In this document: piece by piece, positions 1 to 10,004 of the stretch | Position numbering within the stretch: position 1 is the first letter of the stretch | How the letters are laid out: each line of letters begins with the position of its first letter | NCBI GenBank assembly: GCA_965242925.1 | Contig: CBDEUM010000022.1 | Location: forward strand, 224,001-288,000 | From: Roseibacillus sp. | Lineage (GTDB): Bacteria; Verrucomicrobiota; Verrucomicrobiia; Verrucomicrobiales; Akkermansiaceae | DNA: 64,000 bases | Direction: 5' to 3' | The notes under the pieces: model-generated | The model's database searches: none | Told to the model about the DNA's origin: nothing | The model's input: only the letters and a program-made list of their open reading frames with translations | Position numbers and translations under genes: made by a program

Positions 1-112
1 GATAGGCCAGCCCGTACCATCGCAACGCAAAGGTCTCGGTGATCTCAAGGATCTCCGGCTTGAGATTGTGGACCCAGACCCCCAACACGTGCACGTCCGT
101 AAAAGAACTCAT
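1..112 (-). CDS. lgt: Prolipoprotein diacylglyceryl transferase, 5' part (runs off the window)
   Basis: Manual translation from ATG at 112: MSSFTDVHVLGVWVHNLKPEILEITETFALRWYGLAY; xRWYGLAY is the Lgt N-terminal signature. Not in the ORF track. Confidence 0.8.
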   Translation of the reverse strand, partial: MSSFTDVHVLGVWVHNLKPEILEITETFALRWYGLAY

Positions 113-158
113 CGCAGATCGGTTGCCAGCACTATTTCCGTATTCCCCCCGGCAAACA

Positions 159-1235
159 CTACAAATACTCCACCAGCTTGGCAGCCTGGCGGACGGTTAA
201 CCGCCTGATGAGGGCTACACTGAGATCCACCATGGCCCGATAATCCGCCAGATCGATGATGCTGTTGTGCGAGTGGATGTAGCGCGCGGGCACCCCGAGC
301 ACTACCGATGGCACCCCCTCTCCTGAGAGATGCATCTCGCCCGCATCAGTGCCTCCTCCGCGCCGTACTGCCAGTTGGTGGGGGATATTCTCCTTCTCCG
401 CGGTTTCAAGGGCGAGTTCGGTGAGCCGCGGATTCATGATGGCACTGGGGTCGTGCATGCGGACCTGGACTCCGGCCCCTACCACGGCCTGGGATTCATC
501 AGTCCTGAACCCCGGGGTGTCATCAGCAGGCGTCCCCTCCAGAATAACTGCGACATCGGGCCTGGCATGGCGCGCCAGCGTACGCGCCCCCCTCAAGCCA
601 ATTTCCTCCTGCACACTCCCCGCCAGGAGAACGCGATTGCTCCGCTTGAGTCTGGCCAGTTTCTGGCCGGCCTCCACCACGGCCGCCATCCCTACCCGGT
701 TGTCGAAGGCCTTGGCGAGGTAGCGTCCCTTCCGTGCCATTGGCTCGAAGGACGTTCGCGGAGCAACGGGATCGCCCACTCGTATCCCCATCTCCGCCAC
801 CTCTTCCCCCGAAGTGGCCCCAACGTCAACAAACATGCTCTCCAGCGACATCACCCTGCTGCGCTCGGCCTCGGGCAGGAAGTGCGGAGGCTTGGATCCC
901 ACCACTCCCACGATCCCGTTTCCCCTGTTCGTCTTCACCACCAGCTGCTGGGCCAGCACCACATGCGGCCACCAGCCGCCCACCGCGATGAGCTGCAGAA
1001 ACCCCTTCGCACTGATCGACTGCACCCGAAAACCCACTTCGTCCATGTGGGCTTCCAGCATCACTCGCGGACCCTTCCCTCCCAGGTCGCACACCACCGA
1101 TCCGGTCCGATCGGTCGAGAATGAGCCCACATTCTCCAACTCCTTCACGAATACCTCACGCACCTCGCCCTCGAATCCCGACGGCCCATGAGCTTCCGTG
1201 AACCTCTTCAGGAGCGTTTCCGACTTTGTTGCCAT
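159..1235 (-). CDS. M42 family metalloaminopeptidase
   Basis: Motifs GPSGFE, AHMDEVG, KAFDNR, VQEEIGLRGA, GGTDAG, RYIHS. Confidence 0.92.
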   Translation of the reverse strand: MATKSETLLKRFTEAHGPSGFEGEVREVFVKELENVGSFSTDRTGSVVCDLGGKGPRVMLEAHMDEVGFRVQSISAKGFLQLIAVGGWWPHVVLAQQLVVKTNRGNGIVGVVGSKPPHFLPEAERSRVMSLESMFVDVGATSGEEVAEMGIRVGDPVAPRTSFEPMARKGRYLAKAFDNRVGMAAVVEAGQKLARLKRSNRVLLAGSVQEEIGLRGARTLARHARPDVAVILEGTPADDTPGFRTDESQAVVGAGVQVRMHDPSAIMNPRLTELALETAEKENIPHQLAVRRGGGTDAGEMHLSGEGVPSVVLGVPARYIHSHNSIIDLADYRAMVDLSVALIRRLTVRQAAKLVEYL

Positions 1236-1502
1236 GGGCGGAGACTAGAAGGCCTCTCCGGGCACGGAAGGGAAAAGTGGTCCAGTGCCTGTAAGACCTT
1301 GTTGCCGGTTAGCTCTCCTTGATCTGCTTCCATGGTTGTTCCCCTTCCCTCACTTCCGGAGGAGGACGATGCCACCAGAAACAATCCTGGACAGTGCAAG
1401 ATCTTCGATCCCCCGGGGGAATCCCACGGAAAATACGGATTCTCCTCGCTTTCTGGTTTGCATCTGTTCGCGATCCACTATCTCAACTCGGTCCACATTT
1501 CA

Positions 1503-2552
1503 ATGAACACCACCCCGCAAGTCGCTGATCTCCACGTCGTCCGGAACGTTCCGCTGCCGGCGCCAGCCTTCGTCCTCTCCGAGATCAAACGCGACGCGGG
1601 GGAGGCCGCCTTCGTGGCCCAGAGCCGCGAGACAATCCGGGCTATCCTGAACGGACACGACAAGCGATTCCTGGTCATTGTGGGACCCTGTTCGATCCAC
1701 GACACCAGGGCCGGCCTGGAGTATGCCGAACGCTTCATCGCACTGGCCTCCGAGTTGCAGGACAGGATCTATCTCGTCATGCGGGTCTACTTTGAGAAAC
1801 CCCGCACCACCGTGGGCTGGAAGGGCCTCATCATGGATCCCGATCTGGATGGCACCGACAATATTCCACGGGGCCTGATGGTCGCGCGCGAGTTTCTCCG
1901 CCAGATCATTGCCCTGAACATTCCCACCGCCACCGAGTTACTCGACCCCATCACCCCTCAATACATCGCCGACCTGATCAGCTGGTCCGCCATCGGGGCG
2001 AGGACCAGTGAAAGTCAGACCCACCGGCAGATGGCCTCCGGTCTCTCCATGCCCATCGGCTTCAAGAACACCATCAGTGGGGATCTCAAGGCCGCCATCA
2101 ACGCGATTGGGGCAGCCACAAAACCGCAGACCTTCCTCGGGGTTTCAGAACAGGGAGTTGCCTCCGCCATCTCGACCTCCGGCAACCCCGACTGCCATGT
2201 CATCCTGAGAGGTGGTGAGGACGGTCCCAACTACGACAAAACGAACGTTCAGGACGCTCTCGTAAAGATCGGGGAAGCAGGATTCCCCGCCTCCGTGATG
2301 ATCGATGCTTCCCACGCCAACTGCGGGAAAAATCACGAGAAGATGCCCGCCGTGTTCGAAGAGATCATCCGTCAGCGAGCTGCAGGTAACAAAGGGATCA
2401 TTGGCGCCATGCTGGAGAGCAATCTCGTAGCCGGGAACCAGAAGTTTCCCCAACCCCTTCCGGACCTCACCTACGGTCAATCCATCACCGACAAGTGCAT
2501 CGACTGGGAGACCACGGAGCATCTCCTCCGGGCCGCGGCCAGCACAATCTGA
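1503..2552 (+). CDS. aroG: 3-deoxy-7-phosphoheptulonate (DAHP) synthase, class I-alpha (AroF/G/H type)
   Basis: GPCSIHD, RVYFEKPRTTVGWKG, IGARTSESQTHR, DASHAN, SITDKC; start taken at ATG 1503 (MNTTPQ). Paralogue identity uncertain. Confidence 0.92.
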   Translation: MNTTPQVADLHVVRNVPLPAPAFVLSEIKRDAGEAAFVAQSRETIRAILNGHDKRFLVIVGPCSIHDTRAGLEYAERFIALASELQDRIYLVMRVYFEKPRTTVGWKGLIMDPDLDGTDNIPRGLMVAREFLRQIIALNIPTATELLDPITPQYIADLISWSAIGARTSESQTHRQMASGLSMPIGFKNTISGDLKAAINAIGAATKPQTFLGVSEQGVASAISTSGNPDCHVILRGGEDGPNYDKTNVQDALVKIGEAGFPASVMIDASHANCGKNHEKMPAVFEEIIRQRAAGNKGIIGAMLESNLVAGNQKFPQPLPDLTYGQSITDKCIDWETTEHLLRAAASTI

Positions 2553-2657
2553 AGTACTGATCCAGCCTGCGGGGACGGACGGGGCAGGTCCACAAACCTT
2601 CCCCCCGCAATGAAGCCTCTCCGAGCCAGATACCATGTTCACGGACTCGCAGCATCA

Positions 2658-4307
2658 TCACCGGTCCTTCTTGTCCGCAGCCGGTTGACCCGGACCTGGC
2701 GCCAGATGACTGGCGGTGACCGTCCCTGCGTCCGCGAAGAAGTCAATCAAGGCCTGTCGACTGCTCGGCGGCAGGAGGCTGGCCTTGCACTCGGGCCTCT
2801 GGGCGAGGGCCCGAAGGCGCATGAGCTTCTTGCCCCCTGATTGTGCGTCATAGGAATTGAAGATGATGCAGTGACGGTGTCCAGCCGGACGGGGACCCGG
2901 ATGACGCAGGCACTGCAGGCCGCGCACGAAGCGACTCTTCCTTGTCTCGCCCCTGGCGGCCCCGGCCTCTGTCACCTGCACCTCAAAACCGAAGAGGGCG
3001 CGATCACCTCCCCCCTGGAAGGATTCATTGAGCACGCCCACCAGTTCTTCCCGGGTGAGGTAGAGAGCCACCAGACGATTGTCGTAGGGAAGGATTGACC
3101 AGGCATCCCCGACTGTCTTCTTCCCCACTGCAAGGGTGCCGCTCCCGAAGGTGCCATGAAAGACACCATCCGGGTCAAGCTTGTGCTTGGCGGCAGTGTG
3201 CAACACGGCGGAGGAAATCAGGGTCTGCAGCGGACTTGGCATTCCGGGAGCTGGTTGCCTGTCAGACAATTCAACCGCCAACTCCCCCATTTCGCCCGAG
3301 AGGTAGCCTCTGGCATCGTCCAGGTCCTTCCCCGCAATTTCCAGCACGAGCGGATCCTCCGGAAGACGTTCATCCATCAGCACGGTATAGGCTCGCTTCT
3401 CCACGATTCTCCGGCTCTCAACATCAAAGGAAAGGTCCACCCGCCCACAGTGGATCCCGAAGTAATCCGCCTGGGTATAGAGCGTCCCGTCTACAAACCT
3501 GCTGCCCTGGTCCCGGTGGGTGTGTCCCGCGAGATAGATGTCCGGTCCGTCTTCCCCCTCAAGCAGGGCCAGCACCGGATTTGCAAAATCATCGGTCTCC
3601 TTCAGCCCCATGTGTCCGCACACCACCACCGCATCCACCTTGGCCTCCTCTCGAAGATACTTCAGGCTCGTCCGCAGGGTCTTTACGGGGTCGATAGCCT
3701 CGTAGCCATTGAGCAACTCCGGACGTAGCCAGTAGGGCAGACCCGGGGTGGTCAGGCCAATCAGGCCGATCCGGAACCCCGCCACCGTCTTCACCAGGTG
3801 GGGAATGATCCGGGCCAGGGGATGGGACGAATCCTCCAGTGTTCCGGATGGCTTTCCCTCAAGGTTGATGTTCCCCGTCAGCACCGGCATGGCGGAACGC
3901 GTCACCGCATCGAGGACGACCTCCGGGCCCCAGTCGAACTCGTGATTCCCGAGAACCCACGCATCATACTGCAATTTGTTGAAGAGATCGATCATGAGAC
4001 GGCCACGGGTGATCCAACCCACCGCCGTACCCTGATACACATCCCCCATATCAAGCAGCAGGGAGTGTGGATTGGTCTTCCGCCACTGTCGAATCTGCGA
4101 GGCACAACGGGCCAGCCCCCCGACGTTCGTGATCCCCCGGTAGGTCCGGGTCGGACGGATATGCCCATGCAGATCGGTGGTATGAAAAATCGAAACAGTC
4201 TTGACCGTCCTGGGATCCCGCGCTCCATGCCCCCGCCGGGGAAGAAGGAACGAAGCTCCCGTCAAGGCAGATCCACACAGCATTGTCCGTCTCTCAATCA
4301 CGCTCAT
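2658..4307 (-). CDS. Bifunctional metallophosphoesterase/5'-nucleotidase, probably Tat-exported
   Basis: HTTDLHG, DMGDVYQG, LGNHEFDWG, GHTH; N-terminal ERRTMLCG..A twin-Arg-like signal. Confidence 0.88.
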   Translation of the reverse strand: MSVIERRTMLCGSALTGASFLLPRRGHGARDPRTVKTVSIFHTTDLHGHIRPTRTYRGITNVGGLARCASQIRQWRKTNPHSLLLDMGDVYQGTAVGWITRGRLMIDLFNKLQYDAWVLGNHEFDWGPEVVLDAVTRSAMPVLTGNINLEGKPSGTLEDSSHPLARIIPHLVKTVAGFRIGLIGLTTPGLPYWLRPELLNGYEAIDPVKTLRTSLKYLREEAKVDAVVVCGHMGLKETDDFANPVLALLEGEDGPDIYLAGHTHRDQGSRFVDGTLYTQADYFGIHCGRVDLSFDVESRRIVEKRAYTVLMDERLPEDPLVLEIAGKDLDDARGYLSGEMGELAVELSDRQPAPGMPSPLQTLISSAVLHTAAKHKLDPDGVFHGTFGSGTLAVGKKTVGDAWSILPYDNRLVALYLTREELVGVLNESFQGGGDRALFGFEVQVTEAGAARGETRKSRFVRGLQCLRHPGPRPAGHRHCIIFNSYDAQSGGKKLMRLRALAQRPECKASLLPPSSRQALIDFFADAGTVTASHLAPGPGQPAADKKDR

Positions 4308-4318
4308 GGGCGGCACGT

Positions 4319-4346
4319 ATCGTATGAAATATCACGCGGAATGCAA
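4319..4346 (-). promoter_or_regulatory. Putative sigma70-type promoter of the nucleotidase gene
   Basis: Minus strand TTGCAT-16 nt-TACGAT, ending 11 nt before the ATG; the -35 region is tandemly duplicated (CGCGGAATGCAAC at 4335 and 4349). Confidence 0.45.
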
Positions 4347-4383
4347 CTCGCGGAATGCAACAGGATCTCCCTCCGGGCTGACT

Positions 4384-5079
4384 TCAGACCCTCAGTTCCC
4401 CGACTGGCAACCAGCGCCCCTCCCAGTCGTAGTAGTGCAATGCCCCAAACTGCTTCTTGTAGTCGTAGCAACTCGACTCCACCGTGGCATAGCCACTGTA
4501 ATAAAACCGGAAGCCCTGTTCCCTGGCGAACTCAAGTTCGGCCAGCATGGTGAACACTCCCAGGCGACGATGCGAAAACTCCGGATCGAACACCGCATAG
4601 ATACTGGAACATGCCTGTCGCCCAAGAGCAAAGAAACTGGCCGCAATCAGCCTTCCCTCCAGACGAACGCTCAACTGCAGGCATTCGCAGGGACGCCCGT
4701 CCGGCTGGGTTCCCAGGAAGTCCGCGAGATAATCCGGCACGTTGCCCGCAAAACGTATCTTGTGGCTGTCGAAAAGGCGGCTCTCGGCCTCCCCGGGGAC
4801 CGCACTGCCAAAACTGAGCTCCAAATCCCGGTTCTTCCGGAAGGTCCGTCGTTGACTTCTTGATCTCATGAACTGGGCCACTTCGATTCGCAGAGCGATC
4901 TGCCTTTTGAGGCGCACTCCATCACTCATGAGACTGGCCCGGAAGAAATCTGTCCCAAAATGGCGCCAACCCACCGACCACAGTTCATCCATCCCTTCGG
5001 GTTTAACCACGTCACGTTCCCGGCTTTCGGCCACCAAGGGCCACGCCCCCGAAAGCAGGTTGTAGAGTTGCTGGGACAT
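4384..5079 (-). CDS. Ate1/Bpt-like aminoacyl-tRNA--protein transferase
   Basis: GWRHFGTDFFR, F.RSRSQRR..RKN, SSIYAVFDP, LGVFTMLAE, YYSGY...YKK; start uncertain (5079 or 5133). Confidence 0.8.
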   Translation of the reverse strand: MSQQLYNLLSGAWPLVAESRERDVVKPEGMDELWSVGWRHFGTDFFRASLMSDGVRLKRQIALRIEVAQFMRSRSQRRTFRKNRDLELSFGSAVPGEAESRLFDSHKIRFAGNVPDYLADFLGTQPDGRPCECLQLSVRLEGRLIAASFFALGRQACSSIYAVFDPEFSHRRLGVFTMLAELEFAREQGFRFYYSGYATVESSCYDYKKQFGALHYYDWEGRWLPVGELRV

Positions 5080-5250
5080 TCGACTCGCGCGGGAAAGCCC
5101 AGGCAGTATGCCCCCGATCGACCTCTCACTCAATTTCCTTGTCCGATCAACTTTTTTACCAGTGCGGAATTTCCCTGGATTCCCCGCAGGAACACCCTTT
5201 CAGGGCGGGATTGCTGGCACTCCGCGGTTTGAGAGAAGAGCTGCCGAGGG

Positions 5251-5364
5251 CTACCGCGATAGTCCTGGCTTCCACGTTTCCGGGAGCAACTCCAGCGCGC
5301 GCCCGGCTCCACCGGTGTCGATCAGATTGCCGGCAATATCCAACAGGACCAGGTCACCGGGCAT
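5251..5364 (-). pseudogene. Decayed N-terminal fragment of a HAD-superfamily hydrolase
   Basis: 37-codon frame MPGDLVLLDIAGNLIDTGGAGRALELL... resembles the HAD start LVLFDIDGTLIDTGGAG with a damaged DxDGT motif. Confidence 0.5.
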
Positions 5365-5391
5365 AACCCGGAGAAGGAATTGACCGCCTCG

Positions 5392-6136
5392 CTACTCCTC
5401 TGCTTTCTCTGCTTTCTCTGCTTTCTCTGCTTCCTCTGCTTCCTCTGCTTCCTCGTGTTCCTCGCTTCCTCTGTTCCTCGTGTTCCTCGTGTTCCTCGTG
5501 TTCCTCGTGTTCCTCGTCAAGATCGTCATCTTCCTCGAAGTCATCTTCCTCTATCAGGTCACCATGACTCAAATTGAATTTGCGTACCTGCTGGCTGGCC
5601 GGGAGTGGCGAGAGGACCATCACGACGTTTCGTCCAACCAGCTTGGGCTCCTGGTCAACATTCGCCATGGCCGTGATGTCCCCCTTGATGCGCTCCATTT
5701 TTTCGAACCCGATTTCCCTGTGAGCATTTTCCCGGCCACGGAACTGCAACTGCGCACGCACCTTGTGACCTTCTGCGAGGAAGGCCTCGATCCTCCCCAG
5801 CTTGATATTGTAGTCGTGCTGCTCGGTCCGCACCCGGAACTTGATCTCCTTGAGGCGCGTGACCGACTTGCTCTTACTTGTCTTCTTGAGCTTCGACTGT
5901 TCGTACTTCCATTTTCCGTAGTCGACCACACGGCATACCGGAGGATCGGCCTTGGAAGCAACTTCCACCAAGTCAAGGCCGATAGCCTTGGCTCTCTGGA
6001 CAGCCTCCCGGGTATCCATGACCCCGAGTTGTTCACCCTTGCCGGATACGACCCGCACACGTGGGGCTCTGATCCGCTCATTAACCCGCGTCATGTCCCG
6101 ACGCGGACGAAATCTCTTCTTCTTTTTCTTAGCGAT
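5392..6136 (-). CDS. infC: Translation initiation factor IF-3, non-AUG (ATC) start, acidic repeat tail with apparent frameshift
   Basis: RVNERIRAP, LDLVEV..ADPPVCRVVDYGKWKYE, KEIKFR, QFRGRE; GGGAGA SD-like box before ATC at 6136; two 8-nt units in a 9-nt repeat shift the frame; repaired frame ends ...AEKAEE-TAG at 5392. Confidence 0.9.
5395..5515. repeat. 9-bp tandem repeat (EEH/EEA/EKA) in the infC 3' end
   Basis: Minus-strand units GAGGAACAC, GAGGAAGCA, GAGAAAGCA. Confidence 0.9.
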
Positions 6137-6267
6137 AGTGTCTCTCCCGTGTTGTTGAGGGTGCGGAATGCATCCGCGAACGGAGACGCAGAGGTACTCC
6201 GGGCGTCTTGCCAAGGCCGAGGTCAACGAGTCGCTGCATCATTGAAAGCAACACAGCTCAGTCCCGC

Positions 6268-8148
6268 TCACAGCGAGCGGTTTTGGATCTCTTCGCATAT
6301 TTGGCCAACAAAATCATTAAGAGTCATGGTGCCGAGATCATCGCGATCCCGATGGCGCACGCTTACGCTTTGTGACTCTTCCTCGCGCGCGCCAATAACG
6401 AGCATATAGGGTACACGGTCCAGCCTCGCAAGACGAATCTTGGCCCCTATCTTGTCTGCCGCAAGATTGCTTGCCACCCGGACCCCGGCTTCTGCGAGCA
6501 TGCGCACCACTCCTTCGGAGTAAGCGTTGTGCTTCTCCGAAATAGAGAGCACGCGAACCTGTTCGGGTGCGAGCCAGACCGGAAACTTCCCTTCGAAGTG
6601 TTCAATGAGAAGCCCGATAAAGCGCTCCAGTGATCCGAAGGGTGCACGGTGAATCATGACCGGACGGTGCGGCGTGTTGTCCGCCCCGATATAACTCAAA
6701 TCGAATCGCTCAGGCAGGTTGTAGTCCACCTGCACGGTCCCAAGCTGCCACTCACGCCCAATCACATCCTTCACAACAAAATCGATTTTGGGCCCATAGA
6801 ATGCGGCTTCCCCGGGCTCTTCGGTGTAGTCCACACCCAGGGTTTGAACTGCATCCCGCAAGGCCTCCTCCGCCTTGTCCCAATTGGCAGGATCCCCCAC
6901 GTATTTGGAGGAATCGGGATCGCGCAGAGAAAGCCGCACGGCGTAGTCCGACATTCCCAGGGCCCCGAAGACCGTCTTGACCAGACCCAGGCAGCCCTGG
7001 ATTTCTTCACTTAGCTGCTCCGGGGTGCAGAAGAGGTGAGCATCGTCCTGCGTGAAGGAACGCGTCCGTGTAATGCCTCCGAGTTCTCCGCTTTGCTCCC
7101 AACGGTAGACGGTACCGAACTCAGCCAGTCGCACCGGGAGATCGCGGTAGCTGTGGTGATCACTTGCAAAGATGCGAATGTGGTGCGGACAGTTCATGGG
7201 CTTCAACATGAAACCCTCCACCTCTCCTTTCCGCAGCGCATTCATGAGATCCCCGCAACTGCTGTCGTCGTCAGAGAGTTTCCTGAGGGCTTCGCGCTCG
7301 GCAAAGGGTGGATACTGGCTCTCCTCGTAATAGGGGAAATGTCCGCTGGTGCGGTAGAGGTCCAGTCTGCCGATATGCGGCGTAAAGACCTGATGATAAC
7401 CCTGCTTGTCCAGTTCGGCCGCGATGAAGTCCTGTAACTGGCGCCGGATGATGGCTCCCTTGGGTTTCCACAGGGGCAGGCCCTGCCCGACCATCTCATC
7501 GAAATGAAAGAGACCCAGTTCCCTGCCCAGACGCCGATGGTCACGCTTCTTCGCTTCCTCCAGTCGCTCAAGATGCTCACTCAGCAGAGTCTTGTTCTTG
7601 AAGCAGGTTCCATAGATTCTCTGCAATTGCGGATTGTCTGCATCGGCCTTGTAGAAAGCACTGGCCACACTCATCAGCTTGAAGGCCTTGCAGTTTCCCG
7701 TTCGTCCCACATGCGGACCCGCGCAGAGATCCCAGAAATCCCCATTCTTGAAAATGGAGATCTCCTCGTCATCCGGGATATCCTCCAAAAGATCAACCTT
7801 GAAGGTTGAAGGAGTATCGCGCTCGCCCAGGGCGGCCAGTCGCCCTTTCCGGGCCAGGTCCAAGGCCTCCTCGCGGCTGATCACTTCCCGCTCAAAGACC
7901 TGATTCTCCTTCACCACTTTCTTCATCTCAGCCTCAATGGCGGGAAAATCATCCGGCGAAATGCGGTGCGCTAGGTCGACATCGTAGTAAAACCCTCCTT
8001 CCACCGGCGGTCCGGCCGAGAACTGGGCATCGGACCAGAGTCTGGCGATCGCGGTCGCCATTACGTGCGCACACGAGTGCCGGAGACGCTCCAGGTCACT
8101 CATCTGGTTTCGTTCTTCGAGAGTCTTGCGCTCTTTATCGTCAGCCAT
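6268..8148 (-). CDS. thrS: Threonine--tRNA ligase (no N-terminal TGS domain)
   Basis: RHSCAH, DLCAGPH, RDHRRLG, KPMNCPHH, FTQDDAH, AFYGPKID, HRAPFGSLERF. Confidence 0.97.
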   Translation of the reverse strand: MADDKERKTLEERNQMSDLERLRHSCAHVMATAIARLWSDAQFSAGPPVEGGFYYDVDLAHRISPDDFPAIEAEMKKVVKENQVFEREVISREEALDLARKGRLAALGERDTPSTFKVDLLEDIPDDEEISIFKNGDFWDLCAGPHVGRTGNCKAFKLMSVASAFYKADADNPQLQRIYGTCFKNKTLLSEHLERLEEAKKRDHRRLGRELGLFHFDEMVGQGLPLWKPKGAIIRRQLQDFIAAELDKQGYHQVFTPHIGRLDLYRTSGHFPYYEESQYPPFAEREALRKLSDDDSSCGDLMNALRKGEVEGFMLKPMNCPHHIRIFASDHHSYRDLPVRLAEFGTVYRWEQSGELGGITRTRSFTQDDAHLFCTPEQLSEEIQGCLGLVKTVFGALGMSDYAVRLSLRDPDSSKYVGDPANWDKAEEALRDAVQTLGVDYTEEPGEAAFYGPKIDFVVKDVIGREWQLGTVQVDYNLPERFDLSYIGADNTPHRPVMIHRAPFGSLERFIGLLIEHFEGKFPVWLAPEQVRVLSISEKHNAYSEGVVRMLAEAGVRVASNLAADKIGAKIRLARLDRVPYMLVIGAREEESQSVSVRHRDRDDLGTMTLNDFVGQICEEIQNRSL

Positions 8149-8271
8149 TTTCCTGAGCTTCAAGTTTCAGACTTCAAGTTTCAAGCTGAAGTGCCTGCCT
8201 GGGAGTGGTGATTCATACGGAATTCGGTGGTTGGCCCTTCGAGAATGTGCCCTGCTGCCCCTCAGCTCCAC

Positions 8272-8302
8272 AAAAAAGGCCCCGCATTGTTGCAAGGCCT
8301 TT
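8272..8302 (-). terminator. Rho-independent terminator after rpsD
   Basis: Minus strand AAAGGCCTTGCA-ACAA-TGCGGGGCCTTTTTT. Confidence 0.75.
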
Positions 8303-8333
8303 CGGATTCTCTGTCTGTTTGCCAACCTGCTCG

Positions 8334-8945
8334 TTAACGGGAGTAAAGCTCGACGATCAGTTGGACGTTGACCAGGGGATCGATGTCCTCGACTTCGGGG
8401 AGGCGCGCGACGACGCCCTCCATAGTCTCGCGATCCAGGACGAGCCAGTCCTTGAGGGCAATAGCCTGGGTGAGATCCATCATCCGGAGCCCCAGCTGCT
8501 GCGATGAGGGCTTGGGCCCGATCTTGATCTTGTCGCCTGGCTTGCAGTGGTAGCTGGGGACGTCCAGCTTCCTGCCATTGACCAGCACGTGGCCATGGCC
8601 AACCAGCTGCCGGGCGGCCTGACGGGAGTTTCCAAGCCCAAGGCGGAAGCACACATTATCGAGGCGGGTCTCAAGAAGTTGCAGCATGATATCGCCGGTC
8701 ACCCCCCGGCGACGGGCGGCTTCTTCGTAGCAACCGCGAAACTGCTTTTCCAGGACTCCATACTGGAACTTGAGCTTCTGCTTCTCGCCCAACGCGATGG
8801 CGTATTCGGATTTCTTGCGGCGACCGGCGCGGAGACCGTGCTGGCCGGGAGGATAGTTGCGGCGCTCAAGAGCGCGGGACGAACCAAACAGCGGCACCAG
8901 AAAGCGGCGGCTGATTCTGTCCTTGGGACCGGTATAACGTGCCAT
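8334..8945 (-). CDS. rpsD: 30S ribosomal protein S4
   Basis: MARYTGP, YPPGQHG, EKQKLK..YG..EKQF, LETRLDN, ARQLVGHGH, LIVELYSR. Confidence 0.98.
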   Translation of the reverse strand: MARYTGPKDRISRRFLVPLFGSSRALERRNYPPGQHGLRAGRRKKSEYAIALGEKQKLKFQYGVLEKQFRGCYEEAARRRGVTGDIMLQLLETRLDNVCFRLGLGNSRQAARQLVGHGHVLVNGRKLDVPSYHCKPGDKIKIGPKPSSQQLGLRMMDLTQAIALKDWLVLDRETMEGVVARLPEVEDIDPLVNVQLIVELYSR

Positions 8946-8982
8946 GAGGAAAAAGGTTTATTCTTTGGTCGTTGAGTTCTCG

Positions 8983-9970
8983 TTACACCCGGCGGGCCTT
9001 CTTAGGTCGGCAACCATTGTGGGGAATGGGCGTCACGTCCTTGATTCCGGACACATCGATGCCGATGGCCTGCACCGCGCGCACCGCTGACTCGCGGCCG
9101 GCCCCCGGACCCTTGACCCGAATCTCCGCTTCCTTCAGGCCGTGGCCCATGGCCTGGCGACAGGCGTCCTGCGAAACCACCTGGGCAGCATAGGCCGTGC
9201 TCTTACGGGATCCCTTGAATCCCATCTTGCCGGAACTCGACCACCCGATCGTATTTCCGGATTCATCGGTGATGGTTATCATCGTGTTGTTGAAGGTGGC
9301 CGCGATATGGATAATCCCCTTGGCAATGTTCTTGCTTTTCTTGTTCTTGTGAATCTTGAGCGCATCTGCGGCCTCTTCGCCCATGATCTCGGCGAAAATA
9401 TCTTTCTTCTCTTCCTTCTTCCCGCCTTCGCCCCCTTCACCTTCCTTGGCTTTGGCAGACTCCTCGCCTTTCGCGTCGGATTTTCTCTCAGGTTTGCCGT
9501 CACTGGCAGAAGACTTTTCTTCGGCCGCAGGCTTCTCTTCGGCCGCAGGCTTCTCTTCGGCCGCAGGCTTCTCTTCGGCCGCAGGCTTCTCTTCGGCCGC
9601 AGGCTTCTCTTCGGCCGCAGGCTTCTCTTCGGCCGCAGGCTTCTCTTCGGCCGCAGGCTTCTCTTCGGCCGCAGGCTTCTCTTCGGCCGCAGGCTTCTCT
9701 TCGGCCGCAGGCTTCTCTTCGGCCGCAGGCTTCTCGTCGGCCGCAGGCTTCTCGTCGGTCCGCAGGCTTCTCGTCGGCCGCAGGCTTCTCGTCGGCCGCA
9801 GGCTTCTCTTCCGCCGCAGGCTTCTCGTCGGCCGCAGGCTTCTCTTCCGCCGCAGGCTTCTCTTCCGTCACAGGCTTCTCTTCCGCCGCAGGCTTCTCTT
9901 CCGCCGCAGGCTTCTCTTCCGCCGCAGCCTCTTCAGGCGTATCCGGCTTGTTATTATCTTCCTCGGCCAT
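8983..9970 (-). CDS. rpsK: 30S ribosomal protein S11 with ~200-aa acidic N-terminal extension; apparent +1 frameshift at 9759
   Basis: Core [40 protein letters not shown]; removing the extra T at 9759 joins MAEEDNNK...(EEKPAA)n to the core in one 328-aa frame. Confidence 0.9.
9518..9927. repeat. 18-bp tandem repeat, 22 units, encoding (E/D)EKPAA
   Basis: Plus-strand unit GGCTTCTCTTCGGCCGCA counted from 9530 to 9909; the unit at 9746 is 19 nt. Confidence 0.95.
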
Positions 9971-10004
9971 GAGCGGGGTGGGAAAAATATTTCGTCGTCA
10001 TTGC

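Noticed and set aside
9518..9927. Repeat arrays here and at 24368-24775 as CRISPR
   Set aside because: Contiguous 18-bp units with no unique spacers, inside coding frames, and no cas genes in the window.
9500..9970. Separate 156-aa protein with (GRREAC)n Cys repeats
   Set aside because: Product of the single extra base at 9759; better explained as the S11 N-terminal extension.
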